A stretch of DNA of 64,000 nt, taken from contig JAXLQQ010000008.1 in NCBI GenBank assembly GCA_046331525.1, forward strand, positions 29,304 to 93,303. The letters are read 5' to 3'. The position numbers and the translations under genes were made by a program. The notes beneath the pieces were generated by a model. That model was not told the origin of the DNA and searched no databases. It worked only from the letters and a program-made list of their open reading frames with translations. The stretch comes from Blastocatellia bacterium (lineage in GTDB: Bacteria > Acidobacteriota > Blastocatellia > RBC074). Below, in pieces: positions 61,898 to 64,000 of the stretch; within the stretch, counting starts at the first letter, position 1, and each line of letters opens with the position of its first letter.

Positions 61898-62851
61898 TTA
61901 TCGCGGTACTTCCACAGAAGATAAGATTTCGTCAATCACTTGATCTGCCGTGATGCCTTCGATTTCGGCATCGGAGCGCATCACGATGCGGTGGCGCAAA
62001 ACGGGATGCGTGACATCGCGCACGTCATCCGGCGTTGTGAAATCGCGGCTGCGCATCGCGGCTAAGGCTTTGCTGGCGAGCAGCAGGGCGACGGACGCGC
62101 GCGGGCTTGCGCCCCAGTGAATATTTGTGTGCTCGCGCGTGCGGCGCACGATTTCGACTAAGTACTTCTGCACGCCTTCATCCACCGTCACGCGGCGCAC
62201 GGCAGCGCGTGCTTCGGCAATGGAGGCGGGGTCTTCGAGTGGTTGCAGACCTGCGCTTTCCAGCTTGCGCGCATTGAACCCGGCCTGCCAGTTGGCGATG
62301 ACTTGTAATTCCTGTTCTTCGGTTGGATACGAAATGATGAGCTTGAGCAAAAAGCGATCCAGTTGTGCTTCCGGCAGCGGATACGTGCCTTCGTATTCAA
62401 TCGGGTTTTCGGTCGCCAGCACGAGGAACAGTGGCGAGAGCGGGTGACTTTCGCCGTCAATTGAAACCTGCCGCTCCTCCATCGCTTCCAACAGCGCGGC
62501 CTGCGTTTTCGGCGGCGTGCGGTTGATTTCGTCCGCCAGCAGCAAATCCGTAAACACCGGGCCGTAACGCAGCGTGAACTGCGACGTGGACAGATTGAAG
62601 ACATTCGTTCCCGTGATGTCCGACGGCATTAAATCGGGCGTGAACTGAATGCGATTGAACGATGCGCCAATCACGCGCGCCAGCGTTTTGATGAGCAGCG
62701 TTTTCGCCGTTCCCGGTACGCCCTCCAGCAGCGCGTGTCCTTCGGCAAAAAGGCAGATCAAAATCTGGTCAATGATGTCGTCCTGTCCGACGATCACTTT
62801 ATGAATTTCCTGACGAATTTGCTGAGCAATGGTGGCAACAGTTTCTGACAT
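61898..62851 (-). CDS. MoxR-family AAA+ ATPase
   Basis: [35 protein letters not shown] with Walker [24 protein letters not shown] is the Walker B / sensor region. Confidence 0.9.
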   Translation of the reverse strand: MSETVATIAQQIRQEIHKVIVGQDDIIDQILICLFAEGHALLEGVPGTAKTLLIKTLARVIGASFNRIQFTPDLMPSDITGTNVFNLSTSQFTLRYGPVFTDLLLADEINRTPPKTQAALLEAMEERQVSIDGESHPLSPLFLVLATENPIEYEGTYPLPEAQLDRFLLKLIISYPTEEQELQVIANWQAGFNARKLESAGLQPLEDPASIAEARAAVRRVTVDEGVQKYLVEIVRRTREHTNIHWGASPRASVALLLASKALAAMRSRDFTTPDDVRDVTHPVLRHRIVMRSDAEIEGITADQVIDEILSSVEVPR

Positions 62852-63116
62852 AATTGGGTTGTCCGTTGTCCGTGGTCAGTTGTCCGTTGCAAACTCATTG
62901 AATTTACAGCTTTCCGCAACGCTTCCTTCTTGGGGAACCACTTCAGGCAGGAAAACAACGGACAACTGACGACGGACGACTGACAACCGAAAATCGCGCA
63001 CACTATAACGAAAGAAACCGCATGCGACAAGGCAGCAAAAAGTTTAACGCTGCCCATTGCGCCGCCTGCCAAAAAACGGTACTCTTGCGCCCGTGTCCCG
63101 CCCAAGTGATTCCAAT

Positions 63117-64000
63117 ATGCCGAACCTGATTATCGGGTCTCGTGGAAGCAAGCTCGCACTGTGGCAGGCGAACTGGGTCAAAGCTGAGCTGGAACGGCTC
63201 CACGACGGCCTCACCGTAGAAATCGAGATCATCAAAACCACCGGAGACAAGCTAACCGAAGCATCACTCGCGCGGATGCCGGGCAAAGGCGTGTTTACGA
63301 AAGAGATTGAAGAAGCGCTCTTTGACCGCCGCATTGATCTCGCCGTCCACAGCCTGAAAGATTTGCCCACGACCTTGCCCGACGGCCTACATCTGGCCGC
63401 CATCCCGAAACGTGAAGACCCGCGCGACGCATTGATCGTCAACCGCCGCCTTACTTCTCGTGTGAATTCCCTGACTACACTGCCGGTTCAACCGCGCATC
63501 GGCACCAGCAGCCCGCGCCGTGCCGCGCAAATCCGTTTGCTGCGACCAGACGCCCAAATTTTCGAGTTGCGCGGCAATGTCGAAACGCGACTGCGCAAAC
63601 TGGACGAAGGTGAATTCGATGCGATTATTCTAGCTGCTGCTGGCTTGAATCGCCTTGGCTTCAGTTCCCGCATCACCCAATACATTCCCGTCGCGCAATT
63701 ACTGCCCGCTGTCGGACAGGGCGCGCTCGGCATCGAAGCCTGCGCCGACGACGAGCGTACGACGTACTTGCTCGAAGGACTGAACCACTGGCCGACGCGC
63801 AACGCCGTCGAAGCTGAACGCGCCTTGCTGAAGGGACTGGGTGGCGGCTGTGCGGTTCCCATCGCCGCCTTCGCGCAAGTGGACGGCAACGCCGAGAATG
63901 CCGCGCTGCAACTGGAAGCCCTGGTTTGCAACGTAGCGGGAACGAAAGTTATTCGCCACAATGTCAACGGCACACAGTATAAATGCGAAGAATTAGGCCG
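63117..64000 (+). CDS. hemC: Hydroxymethylbilane synthase (porphobilinogen deaminase); 5' part, runs off the window end and is absent from the ORF track
   Basis: My own translation from the ATG near 63117: [85 protein letters not shown]... The antisense ORFs 63044..63442 and 63488..63973 are spurious. Confidence 0.8.
   Translation, partial: MPNLIIGSRGSKLALWQANWVKAELERLHDGLTVEIEIIKTTGDKLTEASLARMPGKGVFTKEIEEALFDRRIDLAVHSLKDLPTTLPDGLHLAAIPKREDPRDALIVNRRLTSRVNSLTTLPVQPRIGTSSPRRAAQIRLLRPDAQIFELRGNVETRLRKLDEGEFDAIILAAAGLNRLGFSSRITQYIPVAQLLPAVGQGALGIEACADDERTTYLLEGLNHWPTRNAVEAERALLKGLGGGCAVPIAAFAQVDGNAENAALQLEALVCNVAGTKVIRHNVNGTQYKCEELG

Noticed and set aside
63044-63973. Minus-strand ORFs 63044..63442 and 63488..63973
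   Set aside because: They lie antisense to hemC, which reads cleanly on the plus strand and runs off the window end.

Overview
This is a 64-kb, high-GC (roughly 60% by eye) chromosomal segment. Its gene content points to an Acidobacteriota-like soil bacterium: PadR plus a duplicated 'ADOP'-type permease, vWA proteins of the Acidobacterial type, many sigma-54 and two-component regulators, and Solibacter-type Ig-like C-terminal domains. Most of the window is housekeeping and envelope genes (proS, recQ, arfB, hemC, glycoside hydrolase, peptidases, lipid-headgroup enzymes, pilin, MoxR/DUF58).

The most interesting features are:
- a three-gene MNIO (DUF692) / DUF2063-like / Tat-signal small-protein unit with a structured GA/TC hairpin between the precursor-like gene and the enzyme gene. 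It looks like a bufferin/methanobactin-type peptide-modification system with an atypical substrate;
- downstream of it, a membrane-anchored STAND-like NTPase fused to a long leucine-rich-repeat array of 69/70-nt tandem repeats, whose reading frame is repeatedly broken;
- a sigma-54 response regulator, a sigma-54 promoter candidate, a CxxCH-beta-barrel outer-membrane protein and a CxxCH secreted Ig-domain protein in one apparent operon;
- a cupredoxin-like protein cotranscribed with a histidine kinase and response regulator, behind a perfect palindrome;
- a 1.4-kb AT-rich insertion next to recQ carrying an orphan protein and a duplicated DUF488 gene;
- four tandem paralogous small membrane-anchored proteins;
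- two small repeat families (a GTAGCGCAAAC...GTTTGCG palindrome family and a GA-rich/TC-rich hairpin family) and several unrelated long near-perfect intergenic hairpins;
- an IS256-type transposase relic.

Caveat: a contiguous block at ~17.5-20.9 kb, plus the LRR array and one vWA gene, carries many frameshifts. Essential proS is among the affected genes, so I suspect indel errors in the assembly rather than true pseudogenes.

All family assignments come from motifs I recognise in the translations, not from database searches. Coordinates of non-ORF features were hand-counted and may be off by 1-2 nt.
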